Assembly: GCF_030684315.1 (NCBI RefSeq)
Contig: NC_081391.1
Span: 21,412,629-21,476,628 of the forward strand
Length of the DNA: 64,000 bases
Origin: Stegostoma tigrinum
Lineage: Eukaryota
Reading direction: 5' to 3'
Every line of letters starts with the position of its first letter. The stretch's first letter is position 1. The notes beneath the pieces are model-generated. The model was given only the letters and a program-made list of their open reading frames with translations, searched no databases and was not told the DNA's origin. Shown one piece after another: positions 29,701 to 53,675 of this stretch. The position numbers were made by a program, and so were the translations under genes.

Positions 29701-32700
29701 ATGGGGTCAATAATGTGTATGTTGTACATGGTGACATAATGCTAGTAACTCGGTTGTGCTGAGCAAATCAAAATAGTGTTCACCATGGAACTGAGTACTT
29801 TGCCTAATTTCACAGCTGCTTCTGGCTCTTGGTATTGCTGTTTGCACATCTGATCATTAAATCCTTTTCTGTTACTTCTGATTAACCTTTAATTCAATGC
29901 CTGCCCCAGTAGTTTGCTCCTCTTTTGTCGGTACGAATTCAGTCAGCAATCAATGTAGTGGAAATCCCACAAGTGTTCGGGTTTTTTTGTCAGTACAACA
30001 CTGTTTACTAGCCAAACAACTTTTCAGGACCAGCTTCTAGTCAATAGGCAGGGGACTGGTCTCAGTCAAGCTAAGTGTTGGGAACTGAACTGGAGCCCTG
30101 CCCTGTGCAATGTTCAGGTCTCATTGGAATAAGCAGCTGCAGGAAATCTCAGGTTTGGCTGCACCTGGGGGAAGAACTGTTCAGTCCTAGGACCTGAGAC
30201 ACATTATCATCTCCTGACAGATGTTGCCACACCTGTGACTTTTTCTAGCACTTGGAGTCTAATGATTTGAGCATACATTCACTTTTCAAACAAGAATATA
30301 AAGTAAAAAAAATTTAGCCTGGAAGATGCACTGATCTCTTTAGCAATTGCTTATCTACAAAGGATACAAGTGGTTTCGCTCCCATTTCCTTTGCTCCTTT
30401 ATCACTGGTGGAAGGAGTGAGTCTCATGGCTGCCTGTAAGAGAATGAGAAAACTTGTTTTCACTTGTCTCAGGCTCTCACGCGTGCACTCGCCAGAGAGA
30501 ATGACCTGTTAGTCAAGGCAGCAGTGCCCATCTTGGAGCAGGTGTGGCACAACTTCTCAGTGCTCTGCAACGTAAAGATTACATAGGCTAAGAACACCAG
30601 GTGAAAGTAAAGTTAGAACCCAAATACCATGAGGAGAAATCAGCAGTTCCAATCTTTAGCTCTTTATTTTCAATGAAATCAGCTCTCCTGCTCTCAACTG
30701 ACCTGCATGTGCCAGCACATGCACTGCTCTGTGCCTGCCTTGTTCCTGATGTTCAGGGGTGACAGTCTCCTCTATTAAAAGGATGTGGATGTCTCTGAGC
30801 TGACTGCATTTATTATCCATTTCAAATTGCCACAAGGCCAGGTCAGAGGTGCACACATCGCTGTGCTTGCAGGGTCATATGCAGGCCAGGCTCGGTAAGG
30901 ATGGGTTTTTGACACTGAATTGAATGCTCCTCATTACCTTCTTAATTCCAGAGCGGTGTCAGATAGAATCAGGAGATCAGGCCAACACTCCAGAAACTTG
31001 ATGGCCTCCAGCTCCAAGCAATGATTGTCAAGCTCATTATTAGGTTCTTATTGCCAGAAGAGAGTTGTTCAGACAGAATCAGGTCAACGGGTATCGGTCC
31101 AACACGCCAGGAGCTTAAGAGCCTCCAGCTCAGAGCAGCCGCGAGATTCATTCTTTCCGCCACTGACACACAGGGACTACAATATGTGCCGTCTAACAAA
31201 TGCTGTAGAAATCCACCAAATCTTCTTAGACAACACCTTCCAAAGCCCCCATTCATCCAGTGTTGGTGGATCAAAATGCTGCCATTGCCTCACCAGGAGC
31301 ATTGAGGATCTGCCTCCACTAAATCAACAACAGTTCAAGAAGGCAAGCCACCACATTCGCGAATCTAATGTTAGGCCTGATCTCGGACCAGTTCAAATAT
31401 CTCAGCGTGGAGGTTCTTTTGTTCTAGTTCAAACATATCTGGAGTGCACAGTTCGAGCAGGTTGGACGCAAAGATCGTTATGAACAGAATTTCTGGAATG
31501 CCCCCGGACAGAAAGTTAATTGGTTACGATGATAATACTTTGCCCAAGCCCCTCTGTGTAGAAGTGTAAAGGACGTCTGTGCTTCAAGTTTCAAAGTGGA
31601 TTAATGCATTTGACAGGGTACATAGAGAGATCCTGCTTCTTTTCAATCCTCATCTAGGACTAAGAGTGGGGAATATGATTACAATCCTCGCATTAGAAGT
31701 AAATCATCTATGATAAAGCCAAAAACAGCTTCGTTTTGGAAAGGATAATATGTGAATCAGCAGATACATTTTTATTTGGTCAGATTTGATGTTGCCAATT
31801 GCTTTCCAATTTGAACATAAAAGATGAATGCATTTTGCTTGAACAAACGTAGAAAGACAAAACAGGCTCGATGTTTCAATTCTGAGGCGAGTACAAGAGC
31901 AGAGGGACTTTGGGTTTCAAGTATGTGATTACTGGAAAGTGGCTGAGCGGGATAAAGCTGCTATGAGAAGGCTTTTGTGAAATGTGTGTTTTCAAATGGA
32001 CGCAGAGAGTATAAAAGCGAGGAATAGATGTTACACCTGTACAAATCATGGGTTAGACCACATGTGCAGTGTTGTGTTCAGTTCTGGGCATGGTATTTAA
32101 GGAAGGACATTGAAGCCCTCGACAGAGTTCAAAGGGCATTTACGAGAATAACACCAGGAATGAGGTATTTCAGATACAAGGAAAGATGGAAGAAATTGGG
32201 GTAAATCTCCTTGGAGCATAAATGTTTAAGAGGTGACCCTGTTGAAGTGATCAAAATAATGAACAATTCTGTCAGGGTAAAGGAGGATATTCTGTTTTCA
32301 CCAGTTGATTATGGCAGTAATGAGGGGTCACAGTTTGTCAGTAATGGAGCTCTGAGATGAGAACAAACCTCTCTATTCAGAAGGTTGTTAGGATTTGGAA
32401 TGTGATGCCTGGGAGAGTGGCGGAGGTAGATCCCATAGGTGGCTTCAAAACAAGAACTGGATATATACTTGGAAGTGACGAATATAGAGGGTATAGGGCT
32501 GGAGAGGGGGCCTAGGTGGGTAGCTCTTTCGGAAGCCGATACGGACATGATGGGATGAATGGCCTCTGTCATTAAAAATCCTCTGAATGTCCACCCAGGA
32601 ACTTTTGTAAATTTTGGGTTTGTATTCTTCTCAGTCTTAAATGTCCAACCCAGTCCTCTTACATCAGGATACCCTGATCCTGGACTTCCCCCCCCCCATT

Positions 32701-32927
32701 GGGAACATCCTTCCTGTCCTTGCCCCGTCTGATCCTGTCACAGTTTTCTATGACCCAGAGTCAATTTCCCACCTTTCTGTCTCATATCCCAGCACAACGG
32801 GCTGAGAAACTGACACCTCTTGTTCGTTGACTTCCTCGTGCAGTTTGTCACAACCACCTTAATTTAGAAACAAAATGTTAAAGCTTTTTTCAAACCAAAT
32901 GCAGTTCTTTTTAAAAAAGAGCCAAAT

Positions 32928-33024
32928 AACTTATGAAGAAGTGTCCAGACCTGAAACATCAGCTTTCCTGTTCCTCTGATGCTGCTTGACCTGCTGTGTT
33001 CATCCAGCTCAACACCTTGTTCTA
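32928..33024 (+). mobile_element. ~97-bp Penelope 3'-end-related insertion upstream of the copy 6 promoter (also ~56910-57007)
   Basis: 'tgaagaagtgtccagacctgaaacatcagctt...gatgctgcttgacctgctgtgttcatccagc' parallels 58443-58520. Flanked by CAAAT repeats and absent from the other promoters. Confidence 0.75.
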
Positions 33025-33329
33025 CAAATGACCCATGACCTGATTGAGTGGAGCAACAGGTTTGAGATGCTGAATGGCCTCCTGCTGTTCCAATCACAGA
33101 ATAACCATCCAGACCTGATTATCATCTCCACCTGTGATCAGCTCTGCTTAACACACCCACCCCCTCTCTCTCATTGGTGCCTGTATGCATGGGTGGTTCC
33201 TGATTGGCTAGCAGCAATTGTCAGTCATCATCAGTTCTGCCTCTCCATGGGTGAGTGCAGGATGGTCCCAGGACTATAAATACAGAGCCTGTGGAAGAGC
33301 AACTCACTTCTTGAGTGGGAATAGTGAAG

Positions 33330-36260
<2,931 letters not shown>

Positions 36261-39200
36261 ATGGGGTCAATATCTATATCTGTTGTACATGGTGACCTCA
36301 TTCTACTAAATGACTAGTTGTGCTCTGAGCAAATTAAAATAGTGTTCACCATGGAATTGAGTACAGTGTGTAATTTCCATAGCTTCTGGTTCTTGGAGGT
36401 TTTTGTGCTGTCATGTCTGATCATCAATACTTTGTTCTTTGTGACATCCTTTGATTCAATGCCTGCCCCAGTAACTTGCTCAGTGTTTGATTCTGCTGTG
36501 TCTGGGGATTGAGTGGGCAATCATTTTATTGGAAATTCCATAACTGGTAAGGTTGTTGACAGATAAATCAGCATTACTGACATGTACTCACAGGGACAAG
36601 TTTGCAGGACCAGCTTCTAATCAATACACTGACTGAAATCAGTCCTTTGCCTGAAGGGTAGGCACTGATCCAATGCACTGCCCTTGGCCATGTGTTTGGG
36701 TCTCTTTTTAAATAAGCAGATTCTGGAAACCAGGAACACAACCTGCTGGGAAATCTCAGGTTTGGCAGCATTGGGAGGGAGAAGGGTTGAACAGAACCTG
36801 GCCATGAGACACGTGATCATCTCTTGATTTGATGTTGCGTTGCCTGACAGTGAGGTGTTTTCCAGCAATTTGTTGTAATGCCTCGATGTTACTGATTTTA
36901 GTAGATTGTACAATTCCTCCTTTTAAAGAGTAATATACACTGCTTTTCTGCAGGTTTTTCCTCTTGATAAGGAATTGCTTATGTCACTGTTCCCAGAGCT
37001 CGGGAATTAGTTTCTTTGGTATTTCCTTTTATACAGGTAGGAGGAAGAAAAATCTACCTTGTCTCAGAATGCTAATGACTAGGAACTGCCTTGGGAATGA
37101 AGCAGTGCCCACCTTGTTCCCTGTGTGATAATTTCTATTATTACCCTGCAAAGAGGTGACAAATACTGCGGATGCCTGGTAGAAAATCAAGCTAAAATGC
37201 AAATACCATGTACAGAAATCAGCAGTTCCAATTTTTACCTTTGTGTTCAATTTTCAAGCAGATCAGCTCTCCTGCTGTCGACTGGCTGACCTGTGACTCC
37301 ACACCGTGCACTGGGGTGGCTTGATAACTGTCAATCAGCCCTGAATTAAAATGTGACTAGTTTGTGTAAGGGCTTTAACAGGATCAGGCTATCACTGACA
37401 GGCAGCATTTATTATCCATCTGATTACATTATCCATCTCTGATTTACCACCCCCCCCCTGCCCAGCCAGCCCATGAGTAATTCAAATTAAAACCCTTTGC
37501 TGTGGGGTTACACATAGGCCAGATCAGGTAAGGATGGCAGTTTCTTACAAACAAGGACATTAGTGAACCAGAAGAGGCTTGGTTGGACCCTGTCTTCTGG
37601 AATGAGAATGATGTGCGTGAAATTCAGTGATGTCAGACAGACTCAGGATAACAGGTAGCAGTCTAACACTCCAGAATGTTGACAGCCTCCATCAAACGAG
37701 TAGCCACTCTCGTCAATCCTTCCACCACTGACATACGCAGAGACTGCAATATATACCATCGACCAAAGCTCCTTAGACAACTTCTTAAAACCACAACTAC
37801 TTTCCATCGGACAAGGGCTGCAGATATGTAGGAACACCACGCATCTCCACATTCTACACCAAGCCACCGATCACCCGGCGTTGGAATCGTAACCCCACGT
37901 TCCCTCCCTAACAGCAGTATGGATTTGCCTACACCAAATGGGCTACAGTAATGCAAGAAGGCAAATCACCACATTCTCGAAACTAATGTTGGCCCTGATC
38001 TCTGAGGGGTTCAAATACCTCTGGATGGAGAGGTTTTGGTGAAATTGTCAAGTTCCTGTTCAACCATAGCTGGAGTGCACAGTTCTGGCAGGTTCGACCC
38101 AAAGATGGTTATGCACAGAATTTCTGGAAGTAACCTGGACAGAGAGATGGTTAATTCATGATAATGGCTTGTCCAGTCCCTCTGTGTAGAAGGTTAAGGG
38201 ATGGCTGTAATTGATATTTTTCGGAGGATTAATGGATTTGACAGGGTAGAGAGGAAAGAACCCATTTCTTCTCAATGATCATCTCGGACTGTGCGTAGAA
38301 TGGGATGACAATCTTCACGTGAGAACTACATCATCCAGGATCATGTCAAAAACAGTTACTTTGTGGAAAGGACAATATCTGCGCGCACAGATATTTACTG
38401 CACAAGGTTTGATGTTGCCAATCACTTTCCAATTTCAAGACATAAAAATAAAGTGAGTAATGCATTTTCGTCGAAGAAACACAGAAAGACAAAACAGGCT
38501 CGATGTTACAAATCTGATGTGAGTACAGGAGCTCAGAGACTTTCGGTTTCAAGTATGTGATTGTCTGAAAGTGGTCAGGCAGGATGAAGCTGTTATTAAT
38601 GGAGATTGAGCCACTTAAGAAGATTTATTAGAATGACCCGAGGAATGAGGAATTTTAGATACACGGAAAGATTCAGGAAAATGGGGTAAATCTCCTGGCA
38701 GGTGACCTTATTGAGAGGCGACCTTGTTGACGTGATCAAAACTATGAACAATTTTGATAGAGTAAACACGATATTCTGATTTCAGCAGTTGACTTGTCAG
38801 TGACGAGGGGTCATAGTTTGTCAGTAGGGGAGATCAGAGTGAAATGGGAAGAAACTTGTTTGCTCAGAAAGTTGTTCGGATTTGGAATATGCTGCCTGGG
38901 AGAGTGACGGAGGTCGATTCCACGGGTGGTTTCAAAACAAGAGTTGGATATGTCCTTGGAAGTGACGAATTTAGAGAGTGACAGCAATAGGGCTGGAAAG
39001 TGGGACTAATCAGGTAGCTCGTTCAGAAGCTATTACAGGACGGTGGGCTGAATGGCCTCCTGTTGTGAAAAACACTCTGAATTTCCACCCAGGAAATTCT
39101 GAGAGTTTGGGGACAGGGTTTGAATTCCACCTGTACAAGGCACCTTTAATGTGGGAAAGCTGTTACACATCAGCAGAGACATGGTCCTTTACACAAGGTA

Positions 39201-40576
39201 GACCCAGTTCCACTGGCAAAGAAATGTTGACTGGGGATCCCCCCACTGCTGACCTTCACCCACTGTCACAGCCAACGATAGCACACGCCTATCTTCCACC
39301 TGGATGGCCGTTGGGAACTTGTTTTGCATTGCACTTTACCAGGACCCTCCCCTCGATCGTACCGTCCTGGGTGGCCCTGCCAGGAGGTGAAATCCACTTC
39401 AGGTATCACTCTGAGAACCAACAGAACACTCGAGGCTCTCCATCACTGCGTGGTGACAATCCACAGGCAGGAGCTGGAGGCAGGGAGATGCTGCTCAGGT
39501 ACAGACCCATCACAGAATCGGAGAATTGTTGTGGCACAGCAGGCAGCCATTCGGTCCTTTGTGCCTGCACCTGTTCTGGTTGTTTTCTAATTCTGCCTGT
39601 CGAGATGTTACAAAATCTCTGGATCTGGTATGGACTTGGACCAAGGCTTCCTGGTCCACAGCTAGGGACATTACCCCTGCATCACAATACCCTGGCTGCA
39701 CTGGTTGTACAAACTTAGAATCATCGAAAAAAAATTGTTGTATTCGGCCATTCAGCCCCCTCCAGACTGCTCTGCCATTCCATGTGATTGTGGCTGATCC
39801 CCTAACTCAGTCCCATCTTCCCACTCTCTCTCCATACTCTTTGATCCCTTCAGCCCTCAAAGCTACACCCAACTGCTCCTGGAAAACATTCAAAGTTTTG
39901 GCCTCAAATGTTTTCTGTGGCAGAGAATTCCACAGGACCCCCACTCTCTCGGTGAAGAGATTTCTCCTCATCTCAGTCCTAAATGTGTCCTTAGGCTGTG
40001 ACCCCTGATCCTAAACTTTTCCATCATCAGGAACATCCTTCCTGTCTTTTCCACAGCTGACACTATGACAATTTTCGATGACCCCGAGCCAATTTCCCAC
40101 CTTTCTTTCCCAAATCCCAGCACAACAGGCTGAGAAACTGACACTCCCCTTCCTCAATGAGTCCCTTGTGCAGTTGATCACAACCACCATAATTTAAAAA
40201 CAAAACGAGCAATCTTTTCTCAAACCATATTTACTTCTTTTAAAAAAGAACCAAATGACGTATGACCTGATTGAGTGGTGCAGAAGGTTTGAGATGCCGA
40301 ATGGCCTCCTGCTGTTCCAATCACAGAATAACCATCCAGACCTGGCTCTCATCTCCACCTCTGATCAGCTCTGCTTAACACACCCTCCCCCTCTCTCTAA
40401 TTGGTGCCTCTATGCATGGGTGGCTCCTGATTGGCTAGCAGCAACTGTCAGTCATCATCAGTTCGGTCTCCCTCTGGGTGAGTGCCGGTTGTCTCAGGAG
40501 TAGAAACACAACAGCTTTGGGGATTGAGGCCTTTGTTCCAGAGTTGTCCTTGTGACTGTGAGCAGGAATAGTGAAG

Positions 40577-42967
<2,391 letters not shown>

Positions 42968-45900
42968 ATGGGGTCAATATCTATATCTGTTGTACATGGT
43001 GACCTCATTCTACTAAATGACTAGTTGTGCTCTGAGCAAATTAAAATAGTGTTCACCATGGAATTGAGTACAGTGTGTAATTTCCATAGCTTCTGGTTCT
43101 TGGAGGTTTTTGTGCTGTCATGTCTGATCATCAATACTTTGTTCTTTGTGACATCCTTTGATTCAATGCCTGCCCCAGTAACTTGCTCAGTGTTTGATTC
43201 TGCTGTGTCTGGGGATTGAGTGGGCAATCCTTTTATTGGAAATTCCATAACTGGTAAGGTTGTTGACAGATAAGTCAGCATTACTGACATCTACTCGCAG
43301 GGACAAGTTTGCAGGACCAGCTTCCAATCAATGCACTGACTGAAATCAGTCCTTTGCCTAAAGGGTAGGCACTGATCTAATGCACTGCCCTTGGTCATGT
43401 GTTTGGGTCTCTTTTTTAAATAAGCAGATTCCGGAAACCAGGATCAAAACCTGCTGGGAAATCTCAGGTTTGGCAGCATTGGGAGGGAGCAGGGTTGAAC
43501 AGAACCTGGCCATGAGACACGTGATCATCTCTTGTTTGATTTTGTTGCCTGACAGTGAGGTGTTTTCCAGCAATTTGTTCTGATGCCTTGGTGTTACTCA
43601 TTTTCGTAAATCGTAAATTTCCTCCTCCAAAGAGTAAGATAGAATGCTTTTCCGCAGTTTTTTTCTTTGACATAAGCAATTGCTAATTGCACTCTTCCCT
43701 GAGCTAGGGAATTAGTTTCTTCAGTATCTCCTTCTTACATGTAAGAGAAAGGAAACATCTACCTTGTCTTACAATGCTAAAGGTGAGGAACTGCGTTGGG
43801 AATGAAGCAGTGCCCCCCTTGTTGCCTGTGTGATAATTTCTATTATAACCCTGCAACAAAGAGGTGACAAATACTGAGGATGCTTGGTGCAAAATCAAGC
43901 TAAAATGCAAAGAGCATATGCAGAAATCAGCAGTTTCAATTTTCAAGCAGATCAGATGGCCTGCTGTCGACTGGCTGATCTGTGACTCCACACAGTGCAC
44001 TGTGGGGGCCTAATCACTATCAATCAGTCCTGAATTACAATGTGACTGCTTTGTGTAAGTGCTTTTAACAGGATCAGGATATCACTGACGGGCAGCATTT
44101 ATTATCCAGCTCTGATTACCCACCCAGCCCATGAGTCATTCAAATTAAACCCCTTTCCTGTGGCCGTGGGGTTACACATAAGCCAGAGCAGGTAAGGATG
44201 GCAGTTTCTTACAAACAAGGACATTAGTGAACTAGAAGAGGTTTGTTTGCACCATCACTTCTGGAAAGAGAATGATGTGCAGGAAATTCAGTGATGTCAG
44301 ACAGAATCAGGAAAACAGGTAGCAGTCTAACACTCCAGAATGTTGACAGCCTCCAGCAAACGAGCAGCCCCTTTAGTCAATCCTTCCACCACTGACATAC
44401 GCAGAGACTGCAATATATACCATCTACCAAATGCTGTAGGAATCCACCAAAGCTCCTCAGACAACTTCTTAAAACCGTAACTACTTTCCATCGGACAAGG
44501 GCCGCAGAAATGTGGGAACACCACGCATCTCCACGTTCTACACTAAGCCACTGCTCATCTGGCGTTGGAAACATAGCCCCACATTCCCTCCCTAACAGCA
44601 GTATGGCTTTGCCTACACCAAATGGGCAACAGTAACGCAAGAAGGAAAGTCACCACGTTCTCTAAACTAATGTTAGCCCTGATCTCTGAGGGGTTCAAAT
44701 ACCTCTGGATGGAGAGGTATTGGTGAAATTGTCAAGTTCCTGTTCAACCACAGCCGGAATGCACAGTTCTGGCAGGTACGACCCCAACAATGGTGATGCA
44801 CAGAATTTCTGGAAGTAACCTGGACAGAGAGATGGTTAATTCATCATAATGGCTTGTCCAGTCCCTCTGTGTAGAAGGTTAAGGGATGGCTGTAACTGAT
44901 ATTGTTCAGAGGACTAACGGATTTGACAGGGTAGAGAGGAAAGAACCCATTTCTTCTCTATGATCATCTCGGACTGTGCGGAGAATGGGATGACAATCTT
45001 CACATGAGAACTACATCATCCAGGATCACGTCAAAAACAGTTACTTTGTGGAAAGGACAACATTTGCACGCACAGATATTTACTGCACAAGGCTTGATGT
45101 TGCCAATCACTTTCCAATTTCAAGACATAAAAAAAAGTGAGTCATGCATTTTTGTCCAAGAAACACAGAAAGACAAAACAGGCTTGATGTTACAAATCTG
45201 ATGTGAGTACAGGAGCTCAGAAGCTTTCGGTTTCAAGTATGCGATTATCTGAAAGTAGTCAGGCAGGATCAAGCTGTTATTAATGGAGATTGAGCCACCT
45301 ATGTGAACCTTGTGTTTTCAAATTGAGGCATCGAGAATAAAAGCAATGAATTGATATTGCACCTGTACAAATCATTGGTTAGACCACATTTCCATTATGT
45401 ACTCAGTTCTGGGCATGGCATTCAAGGCAGGACATGAAAAACCTCAAAAGAGTTCAAAGGAGATTTATTAGAATGACCCCAGGAATGAGGAATTTTAGAT
45501 ACACAGAAAGATGAAGGAAAATGGGCTAAATCTCCTTCCAGGTGACCTTGTTGACATGATCAAAACTATGAACAATTTTGATAGAGTAAACACGATATTC
45601 TGATTTCAGCAGTTGACTTCTCAGTGACGAGGGGTCACAGTTTGTCAGTAGGGGAGATCAGAGTGAAATGGGAAGAAACCTCTTTGCTCAAAGTTGTTCG
45701 GATTTGGAATGTGCTGCCTGGGAGAGTGACGGATGTGGATTCCATGGGTGGTTTCAAAACAAGAGTTGGATATGTCCTTGGAAGTGACGAATTTAGAGAG
45801 GGACAGAGATAGGGCTGGAAAGTGGGACTAATCAGGTAGCTCTTTCAGAAGCTAATACAGGAACGGTGGGCTGAACGGCCTCCTGTTGTGAAGAACGCTC

Positions 45901-47384
45901 TGAATTTCCACCCAGGAAATTCTGAGAGTTTGGGGACGGGGTTTGAATTCCACCTCTGGAAGGCACCTTTAATGTGGGAAAGCTGTTACACATCAGCAGA
46001 GACATGGTCCTTTACACAAGGTAGACCCAGTTCCACTGGCAAAGAAATGTTGAACTGGGGATCCCCCCACTGCTGGGCAACACCCACTGTCACAGCCAAC
46101 GATCGCACACCCCTATCTTCCACCTGGATGGCCGCTGGGGACTGGTTTTGCATTGCACCTTATCAGGACCCTCCCCTCGATCGTACCGTCCAGGGTGGCC
46201 CTGCTAGGAGGTGAAATCCTCTTCAGGTATCCCTCTCAGAACCAACAGAACACTCGAGGCTCTCCATCACTGCGAGGTGACAATCCACAGGCAGGAGCTG
46301 GAGGCAGGGAGATTCTGCTCAGGTACAGACCCACCACAGAATCGGAGAATTGTTATGGCACAGCAGGAGGCCATTCGGTTCTTTGTGCCTGTACCTGTTC
46401 TGGTTGTTTTCTAAATCTGCCTGTAGAGCTGATTTAAGATCTCTGGATCTGGTAGGAACTTGTACCAAGGCCTCCTGGTCCAAAGCTAGGGACATTACCC
46501 CTAAACCACAAGACCCTAGCTGCGCTGGTTGCAGAAACATAGAATCATAGAAAAGAAATGTTGAGTCGGCCATTCATCCCCTGTAGCCTGCTCTGCCATT
46601 CCATGTGATTGTGGCTGATTCCATAACTCAGCACCATATTCTCACCCTCTCTGCAATCCCTTTTGATCCAGCCCTCAAAGCTCTCCCCAATTCCTGTTTT
46701 GGCTTCAATCCTTTTCTGTGGCAGAGAATTCCACAGGTTCCACCACCCCGCCCCCCGAGGTGAAGAGATTTCTCCTCACCTCAGTCCTAAATGTATCCTT
46801 AGATTGCAAACCCTGGTCCTGAACTCCCCCATAATCAGGAACATCCTTCCTGTCTTTTCCACAGCTGACACTGTTACAATTTTCTATGACCCAGAGACAA
46901 TTTCCCACCCTTCTTTCCCAAATCCCAGCACAACAAGCTGAGAAACTGATGCCCCTCTTCCTCATTGAATCCCTCGTGCATTTGGTCACAACCACCTGAA
47001 TTTTAAAAAAATGTGAAAACTTTTTTCAAACCAAATCGACTTCTTTCAGAAAAGAACCAAATGACCCATGACCTGATTGAGTGGTACAGAAGGTTTGAGA
47101 TGCCGAATGGCCTCCTACTGTTCCAATCACAGAATAACCATCCAGACCTGGCTCTCATCTCCACCTCTGATCAGCTCTGCTTAACACACCCTCCCCCTCT
47201 CTCTCATTGGTGCCTGCATCCATGGGTGGTTCCTGATTGGCCACCAGCAACTGTCAGTCATCATCAGTTCTGCCTCTCTCTGTGTGACTGCAGGATGGTC
47301 CCAGGACTATAAATACAAGAGCCTGTGGGAGAGAGAGACTTAGTTCTAGAGTTTTCTTGGTGCTTGTGAGCAGGAATAGTGAAG

Positions 47385-49831
<2,447 letters not shown>

Positions 49832-50326
49832 GTGGGGTCAATAATATCTGTTGTACAGGGTGACCTCATTCTCGTGAATGGTTTTGGTTGTGCTCTGAGC
49901 AAATTAAAATAGTGTTCACCATGGAACTGAGTACTGTGTCACTTCATATCTGCTTCAGGTTGCTGTTTTAACACCCGATTGCAAAATGGATTTTGTTCTT
50001 TGACAACCTTTTGATTCACTGCCTGTCCCAGTAATTTGCTCGCTGTTTGCTTCTGAGTGTTTGTAGGGATTGAGTGGGCAATCTTGTCCTTGGAAATGCC
50101 ACAACTGGCAAATATCTGCATTGCAGACAATGCCAGAACAAAATCTGTCCTCTGCTTCCCCAGAACACTTTTTCAGGACTAGCTTCTAGTCAAAACCATG
50201 ACAGAAATCTGTCCTGTGCCTAAACATTAGGCAGTGCCAAGGCCCATCCATTCACTCAATCTTCAGCATTTTTTGGAAAAATCAAGCTGACCCTGGAAAC
50301 CAGGAACAAAAGCTGCTGGGAAATTT

Positions 50327-51283
50327 CAGGCCCAGCAGCATCTCAGGGGCACAAAAGCTGACGTTTCGGGCCTAGACCCTTCATCAGAGAGTGGGATGGG
50401 GAGAGGGAACGGGAATAAACGGGGAGAGGGAACGGGAATAAACAGGGAGAGAGGGGGAGGTGGACCGAAGATGGAGAGTCAAGAAGATAGGTGGGGAGGG
50501 GATAGGTCAGTCCAGGGAAGACAGACAGATCAAGGAGGTGGGATGAGGTTAGTAGGTAGATAGGGGTGCGGCTTGGGGTGGGAGGAAGGGATGGGTGAGT
50601 GGAAGAACCGGTTAGGGAGGCAGAGACAGGTTCGACTGGTTTTTGGATGCAGTGGGTGGGGGGGAAGAGCTGGGCTGGTTGTGTGGTGCAGTGGGGGGAG
50701 GGGACGAACTGGGCTGGTTTAGGGATGCAGTAGGGGAAGGGGAGATTTTGAAACTGGTGAAGTCCACATTGATACCATATGGCTGCAGGGTTCCCAGAGG
50801 GAATATGAGTTGCTGTTCCTGCAACCTTCGGGTGGCATCATTGTGGCACTGCAGGAGGCCCGTGCTGGACATGTCATCTAGAGAATGGGAGGGGGAGTGG
50901 AAACGGTTTGCGACTGGGAGGTGCAGTTGTTTGTTGCGAACTGAGCGGAGGTGTTCTGCAAAGCGGTCTCCAAGCCTCCGCTTGGTTTCCCCAATGTAGA
51001 GGAAGGCACACCGGGTACAGTGGGTGCAGTATACCACATTGGCAGATGTGCAGGTGAACCTCTGCTTCATGTGGAATGTCATCTTGGGGCCTGGGATAGG
51101 GGTGAGGGAGGAGGTGTGGGGACAGGTGTAGCATTTCCTGCGGTTGCAGGGGAAGGTGCCAGGTGTGGTGGGGTTGGAGGGCAGTGTGGAGCGAACAAGG
51201 GAGTCACGGAGAGAGTGGTCTCTCCGGAAAGCAGACAGGGGTGGGGATGGAAAAATGTCTTGGGTGGTGGGGTCGGATTGTAA

Positions 51284-51288
<5 letters not shown>
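50327..51288 (-). mobile_element. 5'-truncated Penelope-like element (Cys-rich linker plus GIY-YIG endonuclease; Neptune-like)
   Basis: Minus ORF contains CNRRKCYTC, NVVYCTHCTRCAFLYIGETKRRLGDRFAEH and GTLQPYGIN. It is the reverse complement of ~57545-58502. Confidence 0.92.
50360..50387 (-). ncRNA. Minimal hammerhead ribozyme core in the Penelope 3' region
   Basis: Minus strand reads CTGATGA-AGGGTCTAGGCCC-GAAACGTC: conserved core, stem II, palindromic ACGT and a GUC site. Stem I is weak. Confidence 0.6.
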
Positions 51289-53675
<2,387 letters not shown>

